48,593 bases of DNA from Vulcanisaeta sp. AZ3 (GTDB lineage Archaea > Thermoproteota > Thermoprotei > Thermoproteales > Thermocladiaceae), in contig JZWU02000010.1 of NCBI GenBank assembly GCA_000960865.2, positions 1-48,593 of the forward strand, read 5' to 3'. The first letter of the stretch is position 1, and every line of letters begins with the position of its first letter. Positions 1 to 9,997 of this stretch are shown here, in pieces. The translations under genes were made by a program, and so were the position numbers. The notes beneath the pieces are model-generated. The model searched no databases. It saw only the letters and a list, made by a program, of their open reading frames with translations, and was not told the DNA's origin.

Positions 1-485
1 TTTATGGTAAAGGCAATAAGACAATATATTATGCTGTAATTAGAGCTATCACGTTTAATAATAGTATTACGGGTATTATTGGCTCCTCATACCCACTAAA
101 CCTATGCTTATACTCGCAATACATGATTGAATTAATAAATGCGTTAAATAGCATTAATAATACTACGTATTTCGTAAACAACATCACTGAGGTACCCCAT
201 ACCCTAAATAATGAAATTCTGAGCAAGATTAGACCCGTTGGTTCAGGTAATGCAAAGATTACGATCTATTACGAAGGTGTCTTTAGCATGATAAGTAGAT
301 CGTACAATTACACGGGTTACTCAGGAAACATTTACTATGTAATTAATGCAGTACCAATTAATGCGTATGACTGTAGAGACGGTACTACCTATTCAGGTAA
401 TTTGCATGATATCGTTTATGTGAAGGGCTTTATAAACAATACATATTACTTTTCTGTAAATGGTATAATAAATATTAATAATTGA
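1..485 (+). CDS. Secreted/surface-type hypothetical protein, C-terminal part (5' end lies before the window)
   Basis: The frame of ORF 123..485 is open back to position 3 (YGKGNKTIYYAVIRAITFNNSITG...). It is N/Y/T/I-rich with several N-x-S/T sequons. Confidence 0.7.
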   Translation, partial: YGKGNKTIYYAVIRAITFNNSITGIIGSSYPLNLCLYSQYMIELINALNSINNTTYFVNNITEVPHTLNNEILSKIRPVGSGNAKITIYYEGVFSMISRSYNYTGYSGNIYYVINAVPINAYDCRDGTTYSGNLHDIVYVKGFINNTYYFSVNGIININN

Positions 486-532
486 TCTTATGGTAAAGTT
501 AATTATTTAAGTGAAGCCAAAGCCTGGCGTTT

Positions 533-1615
533 GTGATTGATGAGATTATGGGATGTGAAGTTAAAAACATCTTAGTAATAGGTATTGGCGGAGGCGGTGA
601 TGTTGTCGGCTCATTAATAACATATAGTCTAGTTATGAATGAAGGTAAGAAACCAACATTAGGCGCAGTGCTTTGGGAAAGGTATGTTGTTGATATCGTA
701 CCTGGCCCCATTAGGATTCAGGAACTAAGAAATGCTGAGGCACTAGGTAATTATTTAGCAATTGTTAATGAGGATACATACGCTATTAGAGAAGGCAGAT
801 ATGTCGTGCCTCAAATAGCCAATGTATTAAGCGTCATTAATGATGACGGCTTAGGCATTAGTATCTCGGGACCAATAACATCCATAGCCAAGGAATTAAG
901 CGACTATGTTAATATGTACGGCATAGACGCCATAGTAAGCATAGACGTTGGTGGTGATGTGTTAGCACTAGGCAATGAAGATGGACTCTACAGCCCACTG
1001 GCCGATAGCTACTCAGTGGCTATTTTAGCCAAGGTACAGGAGCATACAGGAATACCCGTAATACTTGGAGTTACAGGACCTGGCGTTGACGGTGAGCTAG
1101 ATAGAGATTACGTACTAATGAGATTGAGTCAATTAGCAGAAGAGGATGCATTCCTGGGCGCCCTTGGACCCACGAGCAATGAGGTAACATTACTTGAAGA
1201 TGTACTGAATAAAGCAACCACTGAGGCAAGTAGGTTAGTACATAAAGCAGCTAAAGGCTTTTACGGTAATGCTGAAATACGTGGCGGCACAAGGAACATC
1301 AAGCTTGACATATCCTCATCAATAACCTATTACCTAAACCTCAAGAGAGCTCTTGAGAATTTACCAATAGCCAAGCTATTGATTGAAGCTAATGCTAAAG
1401 ATCCTTGGGATGCCATGAAGATACTAAATAGCAGGGGTATAATGACAGAGTTAAATTTTGAAGAAGAGGTTTATAGGTATTATAGGACTAAGTCAAGGAT
1501 ACCAAGCCCTGAGGAGGCATATTCAATGATTAAAGAAATTAAGAGTAAATTAAGAACCAGGGTACAAGCAGTAAGTAATTCATCAGTCGGTGGTACTCAT
1601 CAACAGCTCAGCTAA
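533..1615 (+). CDS. DUF1152 family protein
   Basis: Motifs GIGGGGDVV, IDVGGDVLA, SPLADS and GPGVDGEL are typical of DUF1152. Confidence 0.8.
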   Translation: MIDEIMGCEVKNILVIGIGGGGDVVGSLITYSLVMNEGKKPTLGAVLWERYVVDIVPGPIRIQELRNAEALGNYLAIVNEDTYAIREGRYVVPQIANVLSVINDDGLGISISGPITSIAKELSDYVNMYGIDAIVSIDVGGDVLALGNEDGLYSPLADSYSVAILAKVQEHTGIPVILGVTGPGVDGELDRDYVLMRLSQLAEEDAFLGALGPTSNEVTLLEDVLNKATTEASRLVHKAAKGFYGNAEIRGGTRNIKLDISSSITYYLNLKRALENLPIAKLLIEANAKDPWDAMKILNSRGIMTELNFEEEVYRYYRTKSRIPSPEEAYSMIKEIKSKLRTRVQAVSNSSVGGTHQQLS

Positions 1616-1633
1616 GGGCGTGCTCCTCACACG
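1580..1633 (-). ncRNA. C/D box sRNA candidate (2'-O-methylation guide)
   Basis: Minus strand reads GTGAGGA (C, 1630-1624), gcacgcccttag, CTGA (D'), gctg, TTGATGA (C'), gtaccaccga, CTGA (D, 1586-1583). A TATA-like TTAAAT lies about 25 nt upstream. Confidence 0.75.
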
Positions 1634-1665
1634 CTTCACTTACTAATAGCCACAAAATTTAACTC

Positions 1666-2145
1666 TTAATCACCAGCCTCCTCATAAAACAAGGCGTAGT
1701 CCTTCTCTGCCTCCCTCATTAATTGTAACTGCGAAATTCTCTCCTCAGCCCTACGATACATATTCGCGAATTCCATTATCCTAGCACTAACATCCTCAGC
1801 CTTATCAAATCTTACAGGACTATACAAAAACTTCTTCTTCTCATTACCCTTAATACTCACTACATAACCCTCAACAACGCCTGAAGTTGGTAATTTACCC
1901 AACTCACCACCCTCACCCCTAATCAGGAAGACGTAACCCTTCCTAGAACCATCATTAAACATTATCCTAACAAGAACAAGCACTATATGAAATTCCCTAA
2001 GTATATTCGTAATCACATCCCTATACCTCTCATACTCCCTAACGTAGGGTAAACGCTCCACGAGAACCAAATCACTCCTATTAAGATCACTCAATAGTTC
2101 ATTAAGCATATCCAACAAAGACCTACCAGTATCCACAACACTCAT
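1666..2145 (-). CDS. Hypothetical protein (start probably MSVVDTG at 2145; ORF track 2178)
   Basis: Long ORF with the G/T-rich codon usage of neighbouring genes, divergent from 2228..2551. No family recognised. Confidence 0.65.
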   Translation of the reverse strand: MSVVDTGRSLLDMLNELLSDLNRSDLVLVERLPYVREYERYRDVITNILREFHIVLVLVRIMFNDGSRKGYVFLIRGEGGELGKLPTSGVVEGYVVSIKGNEKKKFLYSPVRFDKAEDVSARIMEFANMYRRAEERISQLQLMREAEKDYALFYEEAGD

Positions 2146-2227
2146 TAAACACCAAACAACCCACATAAAAATAAGCATTACCTCCAGACATAAAGAATAT
2201 TAGGCACAATTAGATAAGCCAACAAGT

Positions 2228-2551
2228 ATGGAGAATGTCGATAAAAGAGTTTATGAAATACATAGCAAGGTAATGAAGGAGTTCATGAACAACAAATGCT
2301 ACGACATTGACGAAAACCTCGTAATAGAATGCATAAATAATACATTGTCCGACATTGGCTTAAGCGTTAAGGAGGTAATGCTTTTTGACCTCGATGGTAA
2401 TATTACACAGACAGTAAATAATGCGAGATACGTGAAGATTATTGCTACAAGTAATGAAATTAACGGTAAGCAAATATTTACATTTGCATTAATAAGATAT
2501 CGAGATAAGTATAGAGTACTATATCTTCAATCAGCCATTAAGAATGATTAA
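2228..2551 (+). CDS. Hypothetical protein
   Basis: 107-aa ATG ORF filling the gap, with protein-like composition. Confidence 0.6.
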   Translation: MENVDKRVYEIHSKVMKEFMNNKCYDIDENLVIECINNTLSDIGLSVKEVMLFDLDGNITQTVNNARYVKIIATSNEINGKQIFTFALIRYRDKYRVLYLQSAIKND

Positions 2552-2582
2552 AGAATAATTTTTAAGATATCAGCAGATCATT

Positions 2583-3557
2583 TTAAGGAGATGCGTTTGC
2601 CAACCTATCAAGCATCTGTATCCTCTTGGCTGGATGCGGATGCGTCATAAATAACTCCTCCCAGATAGACGGCTTATAGTGTCTCCAGTATTCAATGAGC
2701 GAGTCAGCATTACCCTCAATTTCCTCAACATTTGTTGGCGGCGCGAAGAAGAGCATTCTTAATGTTCCGTTAGTCGTCCTCTTAACAATGTCTGGATCCA
2801 TATATAGAGTTATCTTAGCAAGAGCCCTCTGGAGGTTATGAGCACCATTCTTTACGGTCAATGCGCCATTAACATCCGCATAAGCCTCCCTAAGCCTATT
2901 TATGTAAAGCACAAATAATTGAAACAGAAAACTAACAGCAAGTAAGACAAGGCCTATCAATATGAGCAAGCCGCCATTATTACCTCTCCCCTCGGACCAA
3001 CCACCCCAAAGACCGCCCCACCACAATGACCAACCTAACCAATAGATAACAGTAGGTAATAGACCAATAGCCATTAACACCTCCACATCCCTATGCCTAA
3101 GGTGGCCAATCTCATGACCAAGCACCGCCTTTAATTCATCAGGCTTTAAAATCCTAAGCAGAGGCAGCGTGATTGCAACCCTCTTACCAGCTATGGGACT
3201 TCCATAAGCGAATGCGTTTGGGAATGGCACGTCAGCTATGAAGACCCTTGGCGTATCATTAAAACCATTTGCCCTCGACACATCAGCCACCGCATCATAG
3301 ACCCAGCCATAGGATGGGTCATCTGGCTTAACCTCATGTGCTCTATACATGACATTAATGATATATGGACCTATTAGCCACTGAAACAGTGTTAGGAAGA
3401 AAGCCATGACTACCAACGTAGTAACCATAGCAATACCACTTATTGAACCACCAGTTAAGTACCACATCACTCCATACGTAAATGCAGCACCTAAGAGTAG
3501 TATGGCTATTATTGCGAAGGCCATCTTTAACCTAAATATGAGTAACTCCTTATTCAT
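2583..3557 (-). CDS. htpX: Zinc metalloprotease HtpX (M48)
   Basis: N-terminal TM helices, PNAFAYG, HEIGH zinc motif, REAYAD, FMTHP. Confidence 0.92.
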   Translation of the reverse strand: MNKELLIFRLKMAFAIIAILLLGAAFTYGVMWYLTGGSISGIAMVTTLVVMAFFLTLFQWLIGPYIINVMYRAHEVKPDDPSYGWVYDAVADVSRANGFNDTPRVFIADVPFPNAFAYGSPIAGKRVAITLPLLRILKPDELKAVLGHEIGHLRHRDVEVLMAIGLLPTVIYWLGWSLWWGGLWGGWSEGRGNNGGLLILIGLVLLAVSFLFQLFVLYINRLREAYADVNGALTVKNGAHNLQRALAKITLYMDPDIVKRTTNGTLRMLFFAPPTNVEEIEGNADSLIEYWRHYKPSIWEELFMTHPHPAKRIQMLDRLANASP

Positions 3558-3605
3558 ACTCTAATCCAACGATGAAGATATTTATATAAACTTAACTCAC
3601 GTATC

Positions 3606-4313
3606 TTACGCCGTACCGATTATAAACCTAGCATCAGCCGCGTAAGCCCCCTTACCACGCTCAAGCACTATTACAGGATTTAAATCAGCCTCAGCAATAT
3701 TCGGATTATCAGATAGTAATTCCGAGAACTTAGTTATTACATATACCACGGACTCCTCATCCCTAGCAGGCATGTTTCTATAACCATCAAATAACGTGTA
3801 ACCCTTAATTTCCCTAATCATAGCCCTCGCATCCTCCTCAGTGACCGGCACAATCCTAAAACTAACATCCCGCAACACCTCAACCATAACACCACCAAGA
3901 CCAAAAGCTACTACATGACCGAAAATAGGATCCCTTGTCGCACCAATAATAACCTCAAGACCCACAGGGACCATCCTTTGAATCAGGAAACCACTTATCC
4001 TTGCGTATGGAGCCTTCTCCTTAATGTTCGCCCTAATCTTATTACATGCATCCCTTAATTCATCATCACTATTTATGTTTAGGATAACACCACCAACATC
4101 ACTCTTATGAATTATGTCAGGACTAACAACCTTTAAAACCACCGGATAACCAATATCCTTAACTACCTTTAATGCCTCATTAACATCCTGCACAAGGGCA
4201 AAATCAGGCGTTGGTATGTTATACTGCCTAAGCAGCTCAAAGGATTCATGCTCAAGCAACTTATACCTACCCTCCTCAAGAGCCTTCGTAATTATTGGAT
4301 TCATAATCACCAC
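3606..4313 (-). CDS. acdB: ADP-forming acetyl/acyl-CoA synthetase, beta subunit (ATP-grasp)
   Basis: GYPVVLKVVSPDIIHKSDVGGV, FGLGGVMVE, DLNPVIV; overlaps the stop of the alpha subunit. Confidence 0.9.
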   Translation of the reverse strand: MVIMNPIITKALEEGRYKLLEHESFELLRQYNIPTPDFALVQDVNEALKVVKDIGYPVVLKVVSPDIIHKSDVGGVILNINSDDELRDACNKIRANIKEKAPYARISGFLIQRMVPVGLEVIIGATRDPIFGHVVAFGLGGVMVEVLRDVSFRIVPVTEEDARAMIREIKGYTLFDGYRNMPARDEESVVYVITKFSELLSDNPNIAEADLNPVIVLERGKGAYAADARFIIGTA

Positions 4314-5764
4314 CCCCTCACAACACCCTTAATACTTGCATATTTAAAGAGTGCCCACAAGGCCTTAGCTGCCCTATGTGGTGCATGATATACAGGTATA
4401 CCATTATCCTCAAGATACCTCTCAAACTTAAGCACATACTCATTACCACCAAAACTAACGACAACTATAGGCTTGCCAAACCTCTTAGCCTCAACAATAT
4501 AATTGCTCAAGTTTATGGTTAAGCCTGGGATTTGCATCAAGGCTATTATTAATGCCATGTCCACATAACTCGTAGGTAGTACTGTGTCAAGTACAAACTT
4601 ATACATAGCATCCGTAGCACTACCCGTTAAGTCAATTGGATTACGAGTAACAGATAAAGGCGGTAATTGCCTCCTAAGAATCTCTTGAATACTTTCTGAA
4701 AGTTCAGGTACTTGCAGACCATGTGTATCCAAGGCATCAACTGATTGAATTCCCATACCACCACTATCCGTTATAACCAGTACCCTATTACTCCTCGGTA
4801 ACGGCTGCGTGGCCAATGCCTTAGCCATGTCAAAGGCATCAGTTAAATTATCAGCCTCAACTACTCCAGCCTGCTTAAGCATTGCATGGTATATTTCATA
4901 ATTACCAGCCAAGGCCGCTGTATGCGACTTAACCGCACCCGAGGCTGCCTTCGTCCTTCCAGCCTTATAAACCACTATAGGCTTAACATTAACAACCTCC
5001 TTCATTGCATCTAAGAGCTTCTTGCCCTCTCCTGGGTATTTCAATCCCTCCATGTACATCACAATAACCCTAACCCTATCATCCCTCATAAAATACTCCA
5101 GTAGTTCTGACTCATTTACATCAAGTTTATTCCCATAATTAACAGCTAAACCAACACCAATATTCCTCCTAGCAGCCCAATCAAGTATAGCCCCCGCAAC
5201 AGCACCACTCTGACTTATCAAAGCTATGGGACCAGGCCTAGGCCTACCCATCCTATCCTCAGGAAGGAAGAAAGTATCAAACCCATTAAACGCATTAAAG
5301 ACACCTATACAATTAGGCCCCAACACCCTAACATGACCAAGAACTATCCTCCTTAACTCATCCTCCAACTTAGCACCCTCATCACCAACCTCACTAAAAC
5401 CACCACTAATAATAATTAAAGACTTAACACCCTTCTTAAGACACTCATCAGCAACCTTAGGAACCGCAGGCGCTGGAACAACAATAACTGCCAGATCAAC
5501 ATCACCTTGAATATCTAATACAGACTTATAATATTTAATACCATTAACCTCCTCATACTTAGGATTCACTAGATAAACCGTACCCTTAAACTTTGTTAAT
5601 AAATTCTTCGTAATAACTCCACCAACACTATTCTCCCTAGGAGTAGCACCAATAAGAGCAACTGACCTCGGATTAAATAAGATATCAATTGGCGATACAG
5701 CAACCATAGAAGACCCCACAAGCCCACCCTGCTCAACCTTAGTCTCGGCCTCCATAATTCCCAT
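4307..5764 (-). CDS. acdA: ADP-forming acetyl/acyl-CoA synthetase, alpha subunit
   Basis: PRSVALIGAT CoA-binding region, GPNCIG, ISQSGA, SHTAALAG phospho-His, NPIDLTG. The exact start is uncertain. Confidence 0.9.
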   Translation of the reverse strand: MGIMEAETKVEQGGLVGSSMVAVSPIDILFNPRSVALIGATPRENSVGGVITKNLLTKFKGTVYLVNPKYEEVNGIKYYKSVLDIQGDVDLAVIVVPAPAVPKVADECLKKGVKSLIIISGGFSEVGDEGAKLEDELRRIVLGHVRVLGPNCIGVFNAFNGFDTFFLPEDRMGRPRPGPIALISQSGAVAGAILDWAARRNIGVGLAVNYGNKLDVNESELLEYFMRDDRVRVIVMYMEGLKYPGEGKKLLDAMKEVVNVKPIVVYKAGRTKAASGAVKSHTAALAGNYEIYHAMLKQAGVVEADNLTDAFDMAKALATQPLPRSNRVLVITDSGGMGIQSVDALDTHGLQVPELSESIQEILRRQLPPLSVTRNPIDLTGSATDAMYKFVLDTVLPTSYVDMALIIALMQIPGLTINLSNYIVEAKRFGKPIVVVSFGGNEYVLKFERYLEDNGIPVYHAPHRAAKALWALFKYASIKGVVRGW

Positions 5765-5950
5765 CGCAACTTAGGCTCAATCCTTAAAAATCTTTCTATT
5801 TGTAAATAAATAATCTCAATATATTTATATGGACACATCCATGTTGAAAAACATCTTAATATATCAATAATATTATGAATAATATCCTATATTACTTGTA
5901 ATGAAAAATAACTAAGAGATTAAACTTATAAGGACTAGATAATAAAGAAC

Positions 5951-7273
5951 TTGATGGGAAGAACTAATGAATTACTCAAGGAATTAGATGAATACCTAAT
6001 GACGAACCTATACCCAACACATAAAATTATCGTTAAAGAAGCCCGCGACATCTACGTATATGATGTCGATGGAAACACATACCTAGACTTCATGACCGTA
6101 GTCACAACCGCACTCCTCGGCCACAACCCACCAGGACTCGTGGAAGCAATAACCGAGACAGCAAAAAGAATCGTTGCAGGTAATGGTTACAATTGGTACA
6201 CAGAAGAATTACTCAATGCAGCCAAGGCCGTATTAAGCCTATTCCCCGACAAAAACATGTACAATAAAGTTCACTTCAAGTTAAGTGGTTCCGAGGGAAT
6301 TGAACTAGCCCTCAAAATCGCCAAGAGATTCACCAAAAACACCTACACAATATACCTAATGGGTGGTTACCACGGCAGGACATACCTAACAGGTACATAC
6401 CATGGAATGAGAAGAAAAGAATACGGACCATTACCACCAGGTACATTAATAGCTCCATTCCCATACCCATACAGATGCCCCTTCGGAGAAATGCCCCCCG
6501 AAGAATGCGGTAAGGCTGCCGTTGAAACCATTGAGTATTACATAAACTACGTCGCAATAAAGGACGTATGCTGCCTCATCACAGAACCCATACAAGGCGT
6601 TGGCGGCATCGTAATACCACCAAAAGACTTCTTCGAGAAACTAAAGAGAACCCTCGACACCTACGGAATACTACTAATCTTCGACGAAGTACAAAGCGGA
6701 ATGGGTAGAACTGGAACCACATGGGCCTTCGAACAATTCAACGTAAAACCAGATATCGTAGTCGCAGCAAAAGGCATGACTGGCGGACTACCAGCATCCG
6801 CAGTGATTACAAGAAAGGAACTTACATCAGCAATGCAGTTAAACGATGAACACTCAACCTTCGGCGCATCAGCCATCATAATGGCAGCCGTAAAGGCTGC
6901 AGTAGATTACTACAACATGCATAAAGAGGAACTCTTGAATAACGCTAAGAGAATGGGTGAGTACGCAGTGAAGAGACTCATGGAACTTTACGACAGACAT
7001 CCATTAATTGGCGAAGTAAGAGGACTAGGCCTCATGATAGGCATTGAGCTGGTCAAAAACAGAAAAACAAAAGAACCGGCAACAAAGGAGACGAGCGACA
7101 TAGCCCTAAACAGACTCCTAAGGAAGGGCGTACTCATGGTCACCAGCGGATGGAATAGTAATGTCATTAGATTTGCACCACCGCTAACAGTCAAACAAGA
7201 ACACATAGACAAAGCAATAGACGCATTAGACAAATCATTAGAGGAAGTTGAGAAAGAAGAAAACATAAAATAA
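5951..7273 (+). CDS. Class III PLP aminotransferase (4-aminobutyrate/acetylornithine aminotransferase-like)
   Basis: SGSEG, YHGRT, EPIQGVGG, FDEVQSGMGRTG, AKG PLP lysine, VIRFAPPL. Confidence 0.9.
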   Translation: MMGRTNELLKELDEYLMTNLYPTHKIIVKEARDIYVYDVDGNTYLDFMTVVTTALLGHNPPGLVEAITETAKRIVAGNGYNWYTEELLNAAKAVLSLFPDKNMYNKVHFKLSGSEGIELALKIAKRFTKNTYTIYLMGGYHGRTYLTGTYHGMRRKEYGPLPPGTLIAPFPYPYRCPFGEMPPEECGKAAVETIEYYINYVAIKDVCCLITEPIQGVGGIVIPPKDFFEKLKRTLDTYGILLIFDEVQSGMGRTGTTWAFEQFNVKPDIVVAAKGMTGGLPASAVITRKELTSAMQLNDEHSTFGASAIIMAAVKAAVDYYNMHKEELLNNAKRMGEYAVKRLMELYDRHPLIGEVRGLGLMIGIELVKNRKTKEPATKETSDIALNRLLRKGVLMVTSGWNSNVIRFAPPLTVKQEHIDKAIDALDKSLEEVEKEENIK

Positions 7274-7303
7274 GGCAATAAGCAAATAAGGCAGTGTTAA
7301 AAA

Positions 7304-7698
7304 TCAATCACCAACAATCCTCCTAATTCTATCCTCAAGTATCTTCTTAGGCACAGCACCAACAACATAATCCACAGGCTCGCCGCCCTTGAATATCATG
7401 ACTGTCGGTAGGCTCATAACACCATACCTAGCAGCCACATCAGGCCAATCCTGAGTATTCAACCTACCAAAACCAACACACGGAATCTCCCTAGCCAAAG
7501 CCTTAATCACAGGCTCAAGCAAAAACAAGGCGCACACCAAGGGGCCCAGAAATCCACAACAACCACATCCCTACTCCTAATAAACTCATCAAAATTATTA
7601 CCACTAAGCTCAACAACACCATTACCCACCATCCTCATCAACTCTCTCACCTTCCCATCCAAAATCCTACTCAACTCCTTATCATTATCAGTGCTCAT
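7304..7698 (-). pseudogene. trxA: Thioredoxin split by a 1-nt frameshift (pseudogene or sequencing error)
   Basis: ORF 7507..7725 carries VVDFWAPWCAPCF and ORF 7304..7540 carries the C-half (LLEPVIK...YGVMSLPTVMIFKGGEPVD). Adding one T to the T5 run (A5 at 7521-7525) joins them. Confidence 0.85.
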
Positions 7699-7770
7699 GG
7701 TCATGATAAAACGAGAAAACCTCAACTTAAAAACACTTACCCAGTCACAAACAAGACAATAACATCAAGA

Positions 7771-9300
7771 CTAACCCTGCGACACGTAAAGTGCGCCCCA
7801 GTTTGCAGTACTACCGCCAGTAGCAGCACCGACTCCAAATAAGTACAACCCTGATTTTGGCGGACTGAAGTAGCCATTAAGGTTATAATTAAGAAGAGCT
7901 GCAACCTGCCCCGTGTTTAAATCCCTCACAATAGCCGTAACTGTGTTCGTGGCCGCATTATAAGTTACAATGAAGCATATCATATCACCAGGACTTGGAG
8001 AGAAGATACCGCTACCAACAGGTCCAATCCTAGATCCATTCGTAACTTCACCACCACTAACATCAACTACGTATATGTTAAACTCATTTGGTTCTTTCTC
8101 AGCTACATAATACGGATTCCATTGAATCACAAGGTACTTACCATTACCTGCCTCAGGTAAGATTACCGCACCCGTGGAAGCTGCGGAACCTATAAAAAGC
8201 ACACTGGCGCTAATGAATTGTAGGGTTGTGCTGTAGTTGGCACTACTGCTTATTTCCCAACCATTGCCTGGCGGTATGAATAAATAAATCTCGAAGCCGG
8301 CAGCCGGTTGCGTTGAGCTTTGGGTGTACGTGCCTATCATGCTAATCGTGATTGATTGGCCCGAGGTGTATGTAGAATTCCAAAACATTGCACCACCTGA
8401 GTTTTTATCTCCATTAGGCACCAACTCGAGGATTGGATTCGCCACACTTAAGGTAGCGCTGGCAAGTGCCCAATAATTCGCATTTGCTGTGCTCGAACTA
8501 TAAAAGATGGGCCATTGATTAGTTGGTTTAAATGTATTCTCGCCTACGTATATGTGTGGTTTATACCAATTACTTTGTCCACCTAATAAGTTCATGATCA
8601 TGCCTGTCGTTGTCATCGTTGTCATCGTTGTCGTTATTGTTGGTTTTAGTATTTGAGTGAAGCTATAGAGGTAGATTATGCCGGGGCTTGGCGTGTAGTT
8701 GTAAGTACCCGTAAGTGTTATTGACGAACCAGCCTCTAATGTTGAAACTGCATTATTCGTTAGGGAGAGAGACTCATTAAAACCGTATTTGCCAGAACTA
8801 CTAATACTGAATGAGCCAATCCCTGGGTAGACATGTTGAGTAGTAACAACACTAACCCCACTTGTGCTATACGCCAATTGCGACATGTTGGCATTATTTA
8901 GGTATGAGTTTTTAGAGTAAGTAAGGCTTAAAGTCCCTGGAGTGGCAAAGGTGGCATTCCCTAGGAAAAAGCTTATGATTGATGGGACTTCTGTGATTTC
9001 ATATCCCGACGCGTACGTTAAGACCCTCCCATTGGTATATAATAAAGTCACAGTAGGACAATTCTCTATGCATATGGGTACATACACAACACTACTGAAG
9101 CCTGTACTCGTTGTTGATAAGCTACTACACGCTGTACCACTGCATATCTGCGCAAAACTCTGCCACTGGACTGGTGATTTCGTAGTAATGACATTAAAAG
9201 TTCCTCGGTAATAATAAGTAACATCACTCACTATAACCAACGCCATCCCCACCATTACAACTAACATTATAACCAATAACGACTTACTCCTCATCACCAC
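7771..9300 (-). CDS. Putative filament tip/cap adhesin: signal peptide, donor strand, pilin-like domain, Thr-rich linker and legume-lectin/ConA-like domain
   Basis: Predicted mature N-terminus DVTYYYRGTFNVITTKSP is shared with 10779..11354. Linker TITTTMTTMTTT. The C-terminal domain has LELVP..GGAMFW, GFEIYLF, YLVIQW, VTYNAATNTVT and GVGAATGG, resembling L-type lectin motifs. Confidence 0.7.
   Translation of the reverse strand: MVMRSKSLLVIMLVVMVGMALVIVSDVTYYYRGTFNVITTKSPVQWQSFAQICSGTACSSLSTTSTGFSSVVYVPICIENCPTVTLLYTNGRVLTYASGYEITEVPSIISFFLGNATFATPGTLSLTYSKNSYLNNANMSQLAYSTSGVSVVTTQHVYPGIGSFSISSSGKYGFNESLSLTNNAVSTLEAGSSITLTGTYNYTPSPGIIYLYSFTQILKPTITTTMTTMTTTGMIMNLLGGQSNWYKPHIYVGENTFKPTNQWPIFYSSSTANANYWALASATLSVANPILELVPNGDKNSGGAMFWNSTYTSGQSITISMIGTYTQSSTQPAAGFEIYLFIPPGNGWEISSSANYSTTLQFISASVLFIGSAASTGAVILPEAGNGKYLVIQWNPYYVAEKEPNEFNIYVVDVSGGEVTNGSRIGPVGSGIFSPSPGDMICFIVTYNAATNTVTAIVRDLNTGQVAALLNYNLNGYFSPPKSGLYLFGVGAATGGSTANWGALYVSQG
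8605..8640. repeat. Short 9-bp tandem repeat (tgtcatcgt units) encoding the Thr/Met-rich linker
   Basis: tgtcgt tgtcatcgt tgtcatcgt tgtcgt tattgt. Confidence 0.6.
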
Positions 9301-9997
9301 TCACCTCCAACTCACGGCTAAAAACTAATATGCCCTTAGCAATAGCTAACCTAACACTATCCTCATCCAACCTAGCTCCCTCACTCACTATTTCCGTATC
9401 ACCCACATAGAGCTTACCATCCCTAACCACGTAAGGAATCTTCAACTTATCAAAAGCCAGCGCCATAGCCTTAACAGGCCCCTCAGCATCAGCCATGTTA
9501 AGGACATCATCAATTAAAGTCCTCCTAACCCCAGCGGGTATGAATAGGTTAATAATTGTCAATACCACCGCTGCGATGATTAGATAAAGAGGTGATCCGA
9601 TGATGTAGGTCATGGGGAGAGCCATGTAGAAGTAACCATTGGGGACCGGTGTTGCTGTGTATCCTTTTGTGGATAGGAACCTAAGCTGCCAAATAATTGA
9701 GCTAATAGTTAATACTAAACCCAATAGGGCAAGTAATAATGAGTAACTCCTGTAGGTCCACCTATCCTTAATCAGTACAGGAACCCCACTCGCAATTATG
9801 AATGCGACTGAGGCTATTGGTAGATAGAGAGGTATTAATGCGTAGTGTTTACCCATGAAATATATATTAACACCCATGAGCACTAATTCCTGGGCGTAAA
9901 CCTTACCTGAGGATGCAGTAAATAATGGTGTGAAGTACCACACTACAGCAAGTATAATCCCAAGCACAATTAAAACAACACCAATCCACCTAGCCAT
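9284..9997 (-). CDS. Polytopic membrane protein (about 4 TM) in the putative filament operon
   Basis: Four hydrophobic stretches and a soluble C-terminal domain; overlaps both neighbouring genes. Confidence 0.75.
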   Translation of the reverse strand: MARWIGVVLIVLGIILAVVWYFTPLFTASSGKVYAQELVLMGVNIYFMGKHYALIPLYLPIASVAFIIASGVPVLIKDRWTYRSYSLLLALLGLVLTISSIIWQLRFLSTKGYTATPVPNGYFYMALPMTYIIGSPLYLIIAAVVLTIINLFIPAGVRRTLIDDVLNMADAEGPVKAMALAFDKLKIPYVVRDGKLYVGDTEIVSEGARLDEDSVRLAIAKGILVFSRELEVSGDEE

